Source: Azolla caroliniana (Eukaryota > Plantae > Polypodiophyta). Taken from it: 64,000 nucleotides of DNA. The notes beneath the pieces are model-generated. The model worked only from the letters and a program-made list of their open reading frames with translations. It ran no database searches and had not been told where the DNA came from. The DNA lies in assembly GCA_043228905.1 (NCBI GenBank), contig JBHGNT010000003.1, positions 15,066,001-15,130,000 of the forward strand, given 5' to 3'. Positions 12,641 to 24,769 of the stretch are shown piece after piece (within the stretch, counting starts at the first letter, position 1; every line of letters starts with the position of its first letter). Both the position numbers and the translations under genes were made by a program.

Positions 12641-15600
12641 ATGTATATATGAATGAGAATGAGAGAGAGAGAGAGAGAGAGAGAGAATGTATGAGGAAGG
12701 AAAGCTTGGTAACGGAATCAGTCAAGAAATTAGTGTCGTGTGTCTAAAGATGCCCCCCCCCCCCAATAACAGTAACAATACAGTTTTGATACCAATGAAT
12801 GAAATGTACTAATGTAGAGGAGACAGACAGACAGACAGACAGACAGACATCACCAGAGCATCTTGGCACTTCGAGAAGATGACCCTACCTCAAAGTTCTT
12901 TGTGTATACATACTCTTCACACCTCACCACAAATCTATCTCATAGACTCTCTCCCTCTCTCTTTTTTTTGGGTAATATCCTAAATTCCTAGACGTCTCCC
13001 TATCTCTTATCTCTAAGTTATCTTCCAATTATGCACCCATCATGGGTTGATCATTTCCAGCTATATAATCTATATATATATATATATATAATATGGCCCC
13101 AAAGCCCTTCTACTATCTTTGTCACATAGTAATATTGACCAATCCAATGGAAAAACATCGGCATCACTTGGCATCCATCAAATGACACTGGATTATGTGT
13201 TTAAGTGCATCATGCACATAGTGAAACTTTCAAGTATTCCCCTTAACTATTTTTGTGGCATCGGCAATGCCCTCTTTCCAAACATTCATTGATTTTTAGA
13301 TTCACAAGGTTACCCCTTGAATAACACAACCTCGTGTGCTTGAGGGTGAGGTGCACTATTTGAACAACACAACATTTGTATGTTGAATCATCAAATGAAA
13401 TTTGTAAGCATTTCCCCTAGTTAAGGATATTGCTTTACCAATAGTCTCTCTATACATGTTTTCTTTATAGATTCACATGGTTGCCACTTCGTAAACATTA
13501 TCGTGTAGTGGTAAAGTTTGGTGCCACTGCCAAGGTTTGCAATATCATCATGGTTGTGGTTCATGTAGTCTTGAGCAATGTTTTGATTGACGAGATCATT
13601 ATGAAAACTCTCTATAACATAAAAAAACATTAGTCTTGAGTGATGCTTTGAATGGTGTGTTCATTATAAAAGTAGTTTATACTAAACATTTGGCAATACT
13701 AGTTAAAGATCATGCACTAACACTATCTTCCTAAAGAAATGGCTTTACAACATTTGCATTCACGTTTTTGTTCTTTATGAAGACACAAGCTGGGAAAATG
13801 GAAAACATTACCGAATAAAACATGGGTCTTAAGCACCACATGTCTATGGAGAGAAATATGTCACCATTCAAATCATAGCATATGAATCCAACATGCGCGA
13901 GAAAGATTTAACTTAAAACAAACAAAACATAGCTCAATGACACCTCACAACAAGTATTTGAAACTTGCTTCGTTTAATTTTGTTTGATGGTAGCATTTCC
14001 GTGTATGGAACTCCAATATGTGTGAAAGTGCGGACAAATAATGCAACTAACTTTGAATTGTCTTTCTGTTATGCTTATCATATATGTTATAATTACTTTC
14101 GGCAATAGTTTGAACCTTTTTTTAAATATTCTCTTAAGGACAAGCAAAATTGGTTGAAATGTTGTAGTCGTTCTTGTTTATGTGCTAGATGGCAAAGAAC
14201 AAATACAAAAAGGGATGACTAAGTCATTTGATACCTCAGTACCATGCATTATACCTAGTACTTGCCTTGATGCTATTTCTCATCAGTTTTAGATTATACT
14301 GACCAACCAACTCTTTTGGTTCTTCCATATTAAGTATCATTTCCTTGGTACAAGAAGATTTTAGTAGGTATCACAACTATCATTTGCTGAATAATGTTGA
14401 TGTCCCAACTTACACATTATAGTTTGCATGGCTCCTAAATTCCAATATTCTTATTTTATTCATAAATGCCTTGCAAAACTCTTTAAGACTCACAAATAAC
14501 AATTACAAATAATTAATTCACAATGTGATGTGTTTATCCTACAAACTCAAGACTCCTTATTGAGAACCTACAAAGCTAAATTAAGTTTAAACCACTTTCT
14601 TTTTTGTAAAACATTTATAGCTAAAATTCATTGAAAAACATAAAGCTAACATGGTAGGTGTTGTAAATTTGTATAGTTATGGTACAAGTAACTAGGTTAT
14701 TGGAGTTGTTTGGATACGTTTGTTGAAAATGAGGTGAGGACTATGTCCGCTTTGGTGGGAAGGCCAGAGTGAGGGCTGTTGAGAGGAATTTTGAGAGTTC
14801 TATGATGTAATTTTGTTTGCTAACTAATGCGAAGCAGTAGTTTTTTGGAAAAAAAGAAGAAGAGTGTACTTCTTTTGTTAGTGATTATTGATTTCTAAAA
14901 ATACATCAATACACATGCACATGCACTACATCAACATAAAATTTGAACAATGAGATTGCTATGAGGAACGTGACTCATAAAACCCATGAAGAATGTTAGG
15001 AAGACAAAATCCTCTAGTGTAGAGGTTGTAACTACACACGGCTCATGTATTATATGGAGATCACTCCTAGGCTTAACTAGAGGGCAAACATATGTGTCAA
15101 ATTTATAGGGGTTGGTGTGTCATTGGTCATGAATGCTCCATTTTCTAACTACGAAAGAGTGTGCACACATAATTCACTCTAATTGGTTCTCTCTAAAGCG
15201 TATTCTCAAGTTCAAGATCATGTATCAGTGTGAAGTAGGGCGATTGAACATCCCCCATGAAATGGTAGTAGGATGTGTCTTGTCATTTCCTTTGCAATTG
15301 TCCCTAAACATGTTGAGCTTATGTGAGTGTAATGGTATTGCAATTTGCTACTCTTGACAATCTTGACCATCATTTGGTTGTAAGTGCAGAATGAAAGAAA
15401 CAAAGATATATTGATGTCTTCTAAGACCAAACATGGCTCATGAGAGAAATGATGCAAGAGTGGGATATGTACCCAAACATCTAAAAATAAAATAAAATAA
15501 AATAAAAGAAGCATAAAGGACCAATAATGGGGAACACAAAAAAAACGATGCACAAGGCAATGACGAACACCAAACAGGTTGTGTGTGGCGCGAACAATAT

Positions 15601-16143
15601 GACCACCGTGAACAGGAAGTCAGTTGCAAACTAGCCACATACGTCATCCACGGCTGGCCCGTACACGTAAGTAGGGGAGTCCGTCAAATTTTGTTAATGC
15701 CAAAACAATAGTACATGTATTAGTAGTTACAAATTACAATTCATAGGCCATAGCATATAGTTTTATTTAAGGAAAGTAAATGTGTAAAACATATGTTATG
15801 TGATATGATAAAAGAGAAGGAAAATAAACTTAGGGTTTTACCTATTTTCAACCCATTCCTCTCTTTTGTTTATTTCTTTCTTTCTCTCTCTCTACTTCTT
15901 TTTTTTATTTTTCTCTCACTCTCTCCCTTGCTTTGATCAAGTTGTAATTCTTTCTCAACCTCTTTGTGTTGATCAAGTTGTACTTTGTTCTTTCTTTCTT
16001 TCCCATCCTCTCTCACACTCACAAGTTATAATTGATCATTGATCGAATACATCCATAACTTCGCAACTCTCACACACAAGTTATAATTTATCATTGATGT
16101 CAATGCATGTCTTCAATTTTTACATGATGCAAAGGCTTATGAA

Positions 16144-16460
16144 ATGGAACTCTATAGGTTTGTTGACACTTTATGTTTAAATTGTGAAGGCTATACTATG
16201 CATGAAGCTTGGCGTATGTTTTGCAAAATAAAGGATTGGCAAGATAGTTTCCCTCATTTGATGAAATTATGGCACACTACTTTGGTTATTCCACCTAGCA
16301 TGGTTTCGTGTGAGAGAGGGTTCTCTAAGAAAAATCTCATCAAAGAGATGAAAAGAAACCGATTGAATATAGAACATTTAGATGATTTAATACGAGTCTC
16401 ATTGAATGGGCCACACATTGAAGAAATAGAATGGGATTGTGTATATGAAATTAGGAAAGA
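16144..16460 (+). mobile_element. hAT-family transposase C-terminal dimerisation domain remnant
   Basis: FPHLMKLWHTTLVIPPSMVSCERGFSKKNLIKEMKRNRL matches the hAT dimerisation motif P.S...ERxFS.....K...R.RL. Confidence 0.8.
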
Positions 16461-16748
16461 TGCAAGGATAGAAGGGTATAATGTATTGTTTAGTACGAAT
16501 ATTCGATGTATTTACTTTTTGAAGGGCAATTTTTTCGACAAACCATCATTTGACGGGCAAATTTTTTGGAATACTGTTCTCATGACATGCAATGTTAGCC
16601 GTCAAAAGGCAACACTAGTTCTAACATAATTTTATAGGTATAAACTTTAGAATCTGTTTCAAAGGTTAATAATTAACTTAATAAGGGTAAGCAACCTGAT
16701 TTCGATCAAGTGCAACAAGTTGATATGTCCCTAGTTCTAAATGATGTT

Positions 16749-17700
16749 TGTTGAGATATCAAGCTCAACTAGATTTAGTTTGTTAGTCAACACACACAAC
16801 TTAGTAGTTACCTAGATAGAATCTAGTTAGTGTGTTGACCTTAAAGCCTTAAATAGGATTTTGTAGTTGGGTGGGATACATTGTAGATCCTCCACTCCCA
16901 TGTTCATTTAATATAGGAATTACACCTTTGTACCTATATTCTACTCACACATGTGCACCTTTGCACATGAGATGTATATATACCTCATTGTGGGTATTTT
17001 TGTTTTTGATGATGCTTTTTAATATACACTCGTTAATCATCCCCCATTTATATTATTGTTCATAAGGTAACTTTCTCTCTCTCTCTCTTCCTCTCAAACA
17101 CATACACACACATATTTGATAATTTTCCGCTTTATCACTACTCACATAATTAGACGTTAATTAACCCTCGCTTAATTACCTAATTATTAGCATGGTATCA
17201 AAGCATGTGGTTTAGTACATCCACTAAGCCCACTAGCGAAGGCGAGTCAGGTGGACCATCAAGACCGTGACGTCCACCATTGGCCACGCCCCAAAGACGA
17301 TGGAGTGTTCCCATGCTACTTTGCCCTCGCTTATCGAAACAGTCGTGACGCGAAATGGTCCCCATCAAGGAGAGAAGCCGAACCACCACATACTGCCACC
17401 AGAATGCCAAAGAATTTGTCATCGTAGAAACGCTTTCGTGCCTTTCGGCGCCGGATCGTTGCATGAGTCGAGTGGAAACCGTCGAGGTTTTGGATTAGGA
17501 GAAGGAAGACTTTAAAGTAGATAAGATTGTGAATAGATTGAAAGAGAGAGATAAGAAAATTCGTGAATCCCACGAATATAATGTACTATTTAAATAAGAA
17601 TATGAATTTCGATTGAAAGTAAGAGATATAGAAAACTCGTGAATCCCACGAGTATAATTTATTAGATTAATCCATATTTAAAACCCTAATAATACCCAAG
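16749..17700 (+). mobile_element. Truncated LTR retrotransposon: LTR (~16749-17192), Met PBS and 5' leader
   Basis: TGTTGAG start, and ...TAGCA followed directly by TGGTATCAAAGC (PBS-Met, 17193-17204). The leader has a duplicated TCGTGAATCCCACGA. No coding part was found. Confidence 0.65.
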
Positions 17701-17993
17701 AATTTTGGCCCCAAATTTTTCACCCCAAATACATCTTGCTCCCATCCTTATATAATGATGGGAGAGGCTTGACACATAGCAATCCATGCTTTTTCTAACT
17801 TTATGTTTTTTCTAACTATGGACTTTATGTTTTTTTTCTAAACTATGTTTTTTTTCTAAACTATGCTTTCTTTCTATCATGTTTTTTTCTAAAAGTGTTC
17901 ATGCGCACTATATGTGCATGAGTAACTTTTTTCTAGAAAATATGCGTGAGGACAACATTTTCTACATCGAAAATCTATTCTTTTGACATTCAT

Positions 17994-18065
17994 GATATGT
18001 TAGTATAATGGTAAGGATTGAAATTATTAACATGGAAGTACAAGGTTTGAATCCTACCCTATGCA
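17994..18065 (+). other. tRNA-derived (SINE-head-like) degenerate sequence
   Basis: A-box TAGTATAATGG (18001) and B-box-like GGTTTGAATCC (18044) at tRNA spacing. No intact cloverleaf. Confidence 0.45.
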
Positions 18066-18259
18066 TGTGACATACTTATTCAATCAAGTATTCTATACAT
18101 TCTTCACGTTGTATACAAATTAGCATAAAAGTTAGAATCTTGATGCGAAATGTAACATCTAACTACAAAAGTGGGCAAATCATTAAGTGTTTCTATTTTG
18201 CAACATATGTAGCATTAATGTTCATCATTTTTTACGATTGACACATATTTCTCTATTTC

Positions 18260-18760
18260 TTTCTTAACTAAAATGTCACCCCTCCTTGTCCTCTTCTTTG
18301 TCTTGGATTTTTCCCCCATATCAAAGAGTGTACATTATAGTTTCCTAAACCTTGAATCCATTGAGTATCATGCTCCATATTTCAACAAGAAGTGTGATAT
18401 CTGAGTCATCGATTGATCCCTCTATGCCAAATCCCTCATTCCATGGGTATCCATTGCAATTCCAAATGCATAGTCGTAAAAGACATGGGTTAGTCGCATA
18501 AGTCACGTGTCCCTATTTGTCTACATTTCCACCTTTAAGCACATCCTTAACCTTATTTTTCAATCTTTCTTCATATGCTTTACGACGGGCATTTTGTTGT
18601 GAGATAGTACAATCTTCACTCACAAAGCATTGCGTACCTTTGAAAAAGAAAGAAAGAAAGAAAGATATATTAACGTCTTCTAAGGCCAAAATTGGCCCAT
18701 GAGACAAATGGTTTACAACAAAAAATGGGATATTTACCCATTCATCGAAAGTAAAAAATA
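18260..18760 (-). mobile_element. LINE fragment (ORF1 end and endonuclease start); a diverged related copy lies at ~15200-15500
   Basis: Minus-strand translation LCIWNCNGYPWN...DITLLVE resembles an APE N-terminus. 18651-18770 aligns by eye with 15395-15500. Confidence 0.5.
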
Positions 18761-19123
18761 AAAATAAAAATAGAGTTTTAAGCTAAATAGTTCTAGTAAA
18801 ATAAAATAACAAACATGTTCTACAATGAAAATGATGTTATACTAGGCTTAATTTCATTTCCATCCAAGTCTCTCGAAGAGAAGCGGGAGGTCAAAGGGTT
18901 TCGATGTGGATGTGGCATGTGGCCCCAATTTAAAAGGTACCCCAACCATAGCTTCTAGTCGACGTAGCTCACGTTCCCTTATCTACTTAATCCTTTCTAC
19001 TTCGTGTCAACTTGTTTTGAAGCCCAACATCTGAGGGCGTTTGGTTGTTCTTTGCGTTTCGGCTTCCTCAAGAGAGAGGCCGAGCAGCGTAAGTGTATCC
19101 ACATTCATCATCTCCCCTTGCTC

Positions 19124-21720
19124 CTAAAAAATTACACTAGTTACAAGTTGATGAATAATAAAAGGGTTATGGTTAACACTTTGTAATTTATTCTCCCTAT
19201 GTTGTTTTAGCTCTAAGATATACCTACCTAGTGTCTTTATATCCGGGGTATCTAATAGTTTGGAGAGGGTGGGAGAGGGTCCTAATATGTCTTGGTATTC
19301 CACTCGTATCTCGACATAAGTTGGGCACTTGCATGTAAAGTGATAGTCATCCTCTATCTCTATGTGGCACAACCTGCATAGCCTTTCCTCCATAGGAACT
19401 CTATTAGCCCAACCATTCTCAATCTCAAGTTGGTGAGATGATATCCTAAGTTGTCCAATGGCAACCCTTAGTACATTTGATAAGAATGTATCTAGATATC
19501 TTGGTCGTGTAATAAAATCTAACTGAGAGAAGTGCAAGAAGTGTTCCTTATAGTATAACATTTTAGATGGGAGTGGCTCTTGTGGGGTGATCCATTTATA
19601 TCGAGTGTAAATTTGTCATATTTCTTAGCGTATCACTTTATTACGGTCTTCATGAGATATTAGGGTTTGGTTAGTCCCATGGTTGTACTTAAGGGGGGGT
19701 AGGTTATTAATGTTTGTGCCATTTGCAAGTAACCAACTCACCACAATGTTATACCAAGAGCTCATGTCTCCAGACGCATGTAGGGATTGAGATGCCTCAA
19801 AGGCTCAACAGGATATCCTATCTTGTGGTTGGCTATGTATCCGATGAATAAAAATTACCACTTGAAACAGTGCTTCTACTAACATTCGAGGCAGACTGAA
19901 CTCTGCTCTAATAATGCCATGTGGTACTGTCGATTTGCTTCGGAGTTGACGTGATAACATCGTGACCAAAGGTCTCTCTAATTGCGTCCACATGAAAGAT
20001 GGTAGACCTGGAGCCCATACTACTGATGCATACATGAGGGAATGGGTCACTAATGAGTCAAAGAGCCATCCCTTAGTTTGTGGCTCTTGAAAGTATGCTT
20101 GGTGGCATTGTCTCTCTAAGAGAGAGGGATGCATACCCTCTCGTTAGCCTATCTTTGGCTGCCTAGGTCATCGCGAATTTACCTGAGCGAGCACTAAAAG
20201 TGACTCCCAAGTATACATATAATCCAACTACCTCAACTAGTTTATGAGAGAGGATTAGGTGACATTTACTCCTAACTCGGGACGATGTATGACAGATAAG
20301 GACTTTAGTTTTCACTAGATTCACGACCAATCCTTGTTGTGTACAAAAGTCATCTAGGGCATTAAGATGCTTTTGTAGATCGTGTTCTGACTCCGAGAGC
20401 AAGACAATGTCGTCTACGTAGAGTAAGAGACTAACTTGCCTATCCCCAATAGCTACTCCCTTGCCTCCCTTACGAGCAATAAAATTAGTGATCTCATCAA
20501 TGTAGATCCCAAAAAGAGTCGGTGATAGGGGGCAACCCTGTTTTACACCAATGGTGCTAGTGAAACAATCGGATAGGCCACCTAGGCATCTTAAGCACCC
20601 AGAGATTTGCTCATATAGGGCATAAATGGCCTAGATCATGTCATTTGGTATCTCCAAGCTCTTAAGTCTATCAAACAACTTCTCCCTAGGAACTATGTCA
20701 AAGGCTTTGTAGAAGTCCACAAAGCAACAATATAGTTTCTTCTTACGAGCCTTCATTTGGTCAATTAAGCACCTAAGTGTGAAGATATGGTCAATAGTGG
20801 AGAAGGCTCATCTAAAGCCAGCCTGCTCAGGTGCTCGAAGACTTAATGTTTCCATATAAACGTTAAGCTCCGCTTCCATTACCGCACCATATAGTTTAGC
20901 GAACGTATGGCCTATCATAATGGTCCTATATATATTTGGGTCCATTAGGTCCCCTCCTTTATGTATAAGGGCCACTATGTTCATGGTCCATTGTGGTAGA
21001 AAACCCTCGACAAGGGCGCAATTGAAGATTAGAGTGAGAAAGGGGCTAGGCACTCTCGAGCATATATGATGTGCTCGGCTTGCAATCCTAAGTGGTCCAT
21101 GGATTTCCTATGTTGTAATTTTTTTATGACCTTCGTGACCCTAGAGGTCGTGAAAAGTGTCCCCATGTTAGGTCGGGATGTGGAAGGCATTGGGATGGGT
21201 GGTTGGTTCAAGACATGGTAGAGTCTCTCAAAATATGTATTCCAAATATTGGGATCCTCGATGGGTGTTTGTGGTCACAGTTCCCGTATCCTCTTCCATG
21301 CAAGGGCGCAATCCCTACTCATGAGCATATGGTAAAGTTCCCAATATTGGGATGCTTCCCAAGCTCATCTTTTACGACGTGTCATCTTGCACATCTCTTT
21401 TCGAGCCTCTACTAAGGAAATAGTACCACTAAGTTGCGACACTTTAAGTTGTCTATACAACTATCTACAATCCTCTCCATGTCACTTGTTCTATGGCATA
21501 AACCCTATTCTACTATGATTGGAGTGTTTCGTGTATGGGAAACTACTAATTGCTGCTAAGTGAAGGGTGTGTGCAAGTTCTATAGTGAGGTTCTCTAAAG
21601 GCAAGGAAGAATCAAAAGAGGAGAGATGGGCTTGACCATGTCGAGAGTAGATGTCAGCGAACTCATGCGTGAAATGTATTATGGTGTGATGGTTTGGTTT
21701 ATTAGAGTTGGTGGCATGGG
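19124..21720 (-). mobile_element. Degenerate non-LTR retrotransposon (RT plus C-terminal Cys/His domain), RTEX-like
   Basis: YRTIMIG..FAKLY, EQAGFR, GVKQGCPLSPTLFGIYID, LLYVDDIVLL (20401-20435) and YLGVTF. The C-terminus is LRISSHQLEIENG...RLCRLC..IEDDYHF.CKCP.Y. Confidence 0.88.
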
Positions 21721-21744
21721 AGGTGTCGCATTTTAGCTCAAAGT

Positions 21745-21775
<31 letters not shown>

Positions 21776-22191
21776 GTTTCTTCAGCAAAAACATCAAAAA
21801 CTTGTCATAGCAATCATCAATGACAACTTATTAACCTAGCGACCCAATGTATTCATAACATATGCAACACAATAACCATACAATAAACAACATAAGTGGC
21901 AAACCTATACGAAAACTTTCAATATCCATTTTATCCAGATTTAACATAGGCCTTAGGAATATTAATTCCTTTTAAAAACAATTTCGCATTTAACTAAAGT
22001 TGTGTTTGCATTGTATGAACATAAACATAAATAAAAAGTGAGCCACAAATACCCCCTGTAATTCATGAATGAACATTTGATGCCTAAGGAATTAGATTTC
22101 TGTGTTTCTTGTTAAGGTTGGTGATTCTCACACGTCAAGTCCTATAAGAAAGAAGTCGATCTCTTTCTCTCTCTTTCTTTCTTTTAGAGTA

Positions 22192-22262
22192 ATTAGCTTA
22201 CCCTAGTGGTAAGTTTTTTACCCTACAAGCACTGCGTCTTAGGTTCGAAACCCAATTTTCTC
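22192..22262 (+). other. tRNA-derived (SINE-head-like) degenerate sequence
   Basis: A-box-like TACCCTAGTGG (22199) and B-box GGTTCGAAACCC (22242), 43 nt apart. A long (CT)n follows at 22332-22371. Confidence 0.45.
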
Positions 22263-22329
22263 ACCTCTCTATTATATACTTCATATATATCTCTTAATTC
22301 ACTAGATGCCATTGATCCCATGACCTCTT

Positions 22330-22375
<46 letters not shown>

Positions 22376-23009
22376 CCACCAAATATGTATGCTACATTGT
22401 GGAGATGCATATGTATGTACGTATGTATAACGTGCATAAAATGTTGTGCTCATCATTTCAGCTATCATAAGAGCAAATTTATATTTAACCATATCAAAGT
22501 GCACAATTTCCCCTATGTACCAAAATACCACACATTTTTTCTATTTGTGAAATTAACACAATGTAGTGCAGGAACCAAATAAACTGCCTATGAATGTCTA
22601 TCATTCACCGAATACTTTATGCGTTCTTATTTTCCTTTTGTCTAGGTTTTGACATTCTTTATCATAGACATTAGAATATTACATAGGCCAATACATAATC
22701 TATGGTGAACAATATAGAAAATTGCATACAATATATACCTTGGAGACATTTGACATTACATAGTTAAGACCTTGCAATTGGGCCAACATAGAGGGATAAA
22801 AAATTATGATCACCTACCTATAAATGTTGCTTCTGTTTGCTGAAACACAAGCATCATTTGATTATCCATAAAAGAGCTTCTCAGCCATTGGATGATGACA
22901 TCGGTCAAACTACTATAACAAAGTTCAATGTTTCCACATTTTCATCTCCTTCTGGCCTATAGAAAAATGTATTCAATAAATCACATTAGAATTGCATCAA
23001 TACTAAATA

Positions 23010-24179
23010 TCACAAATCTGGCAATATGTAGGAATAAAAAGATTCGTTAATTGGCACACATACAAATTGAATGGGATTCACGGTCTTCTTCTTTTGGATA
23101 GATGATAGTTTGCGGAGGCTTGGCCTGTATAACGTTATCACACTTCCGATTTTGCCGACAACTTGACCTTCAGTTGCGTCTTCGATCTTTCTTATCACTT
23201 CATTTAACTCATCGGGGCAATTATCTAATACTTTTAACTGAGAAATTGCACAACCTCCCAATTCAGCCTTTGTTTACCACATAAAACTAATTTTTATTTG
23301 AATCAGAAAATGTTCGTTGAACAAGGATGGAGACAGGTATGCATAAACCTTCAAAATCTCATTTGCTTCTAATATATCGCTTATCGCGCTTGCTAAAGAT
23401 GGAGTTACTCCAGCCTTGCCTATCTGAATGAGAATAAATTATTGAAACAGTCGTGTCAATTAACAAATCACAAGCTGAAGCTATACAGCATTCAAACTTT
23501 ACAGTTGTGGAAAGAGAGGACATTCTATACAGGAAAAGAGCTCAATAAAAAATTGTAAATCACTCAAGACCATAGTCAGTTTTTAAAATATCATCACCGT
23601 TTTGAGAATGTGCAAGTAAAATATATATTGCGTGCTGTGCTCTATTTTTTTGGGAAAATGTATCCGCTATTGTTTTTGCTAAAATGTTCAATCAGAAATT
23701 ACATGCAAACGCCCTATAGTTTTAGCTATGGTGGTGGCGGTGGAAGTTGCAATGACAATAAAATGGTAAAAGTTGAATAGACATTGTCATATCGTTTCTT
23801 CTCCAGTCTCCACTAGCAAGAGATTGCATATCATAAATGTCAGAAATACATTATTGCATTTGGGGAGATCTTATGTCATTGCATTTTGTTAACTATTTCA
23901 TGTAGATGTGTAAACAAACATGACATTGCTCTGAATGTAGCGAAGAGAAAGAAAAAAAAATGATAGACAACCGAAATCAACAAAAACAACAGTGGGGAAT
24001 TTACCTGTTGTGAAACGATTTTCTTTCCTAGGCCGTGGGCATAGGCACGCAGCTCTTTCTTCTCTCTTGGAGTGAGAGGAGGAAATCTTCTATTTCCACC
24101 ATGGATACTACCTTCTTTGAAGCTCGTTTCTTCTTCCTCGACTCTTACCTCCTCTTCATCATCATCATATTCATGGTCC

Positions 24180-24211
<32 letters not shown>

Positions 24212-24586
24212 TTCTTCTTCTCCTTCTTCCTTTTCCGTTTTGGTATCATGGTTTCCAAGAGATGAACAGAGAGGTCGTGCTGCTGCGGAGATGCTCTTGG
24301 ATGAGACAAGGACTCGAAGTTCAGACAGTCTCCCAAGAGAATAAGGAAGAGGGAGTGGAAGAGGAAGAGGAAGAGGAAGAGGAAACGTACAAGGAGGAAA
24401 GGAGGGTGTGTGGAGAGGATGAGAAGACAGAGAGGAGATAAGGCGCCATGGAAAAGAGGAAGAAGAAGAGGGAGAAGAAGAAGAGGGAGAGGGAGAAGAA
24501 AGTCGAGGTCCTATCATACACCATGCCATGTTCAATGTCTTCTGTGTCTGTGTCTCAGAATGGGACGCAAAAACAGGGTATCTCAT
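23010..24586 (-). CDS. Single CRM (CRS1/YhbY) domain RNA-binding protein, probably plastid-targeted (CFM4-like)
   Basis: Exons 24586 (or 24529)-24005, 23423-23349 and 23237-(23082 or 23010), GT-AG, phase 0. The spliced product reads LTPREKKELRAYAHGLGKKIVSQQ|IGKAGVTPSLASAISDILEANEILK|LKVLDNCP...GKIGSVITLYRPS, a CRM domain. Ser/Pro-rich transit-peptide-like N-terminus and an acidic tract. The 3' end is uncertain. Confidence 0.9.
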
Positions 24587-24650
24587 ATGTATCTCATATA
24601 CACATACATATTACATACATACATATGTATGCTCTTCTACTAATATATGT

Positions 24651-24715
24651 CGCACATAGTAGTAGTTACTAGTTACTAGTTACTAGTTAGTAGTTAGTAG
24701 TTAGTAGTTAGTAGA
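24651..24715. repeat. 7-bp minisatellite (TAGTTAC / TAGTAGT)
   Basis: Direct reading. Confidence 0.85.
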
Positions 24716-24769
24716 AGTGTTGTACAGATTAAGTGCTCCTTCTTTGTGCACATTTCTTCACGACGGGTG

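Noticed and set aside
24035-24672. Ser/Arg/Leu-rich alternative ORFs
   Set aside because: Frame and strand shadows of low-complexity codons in CRM gene exon 1.
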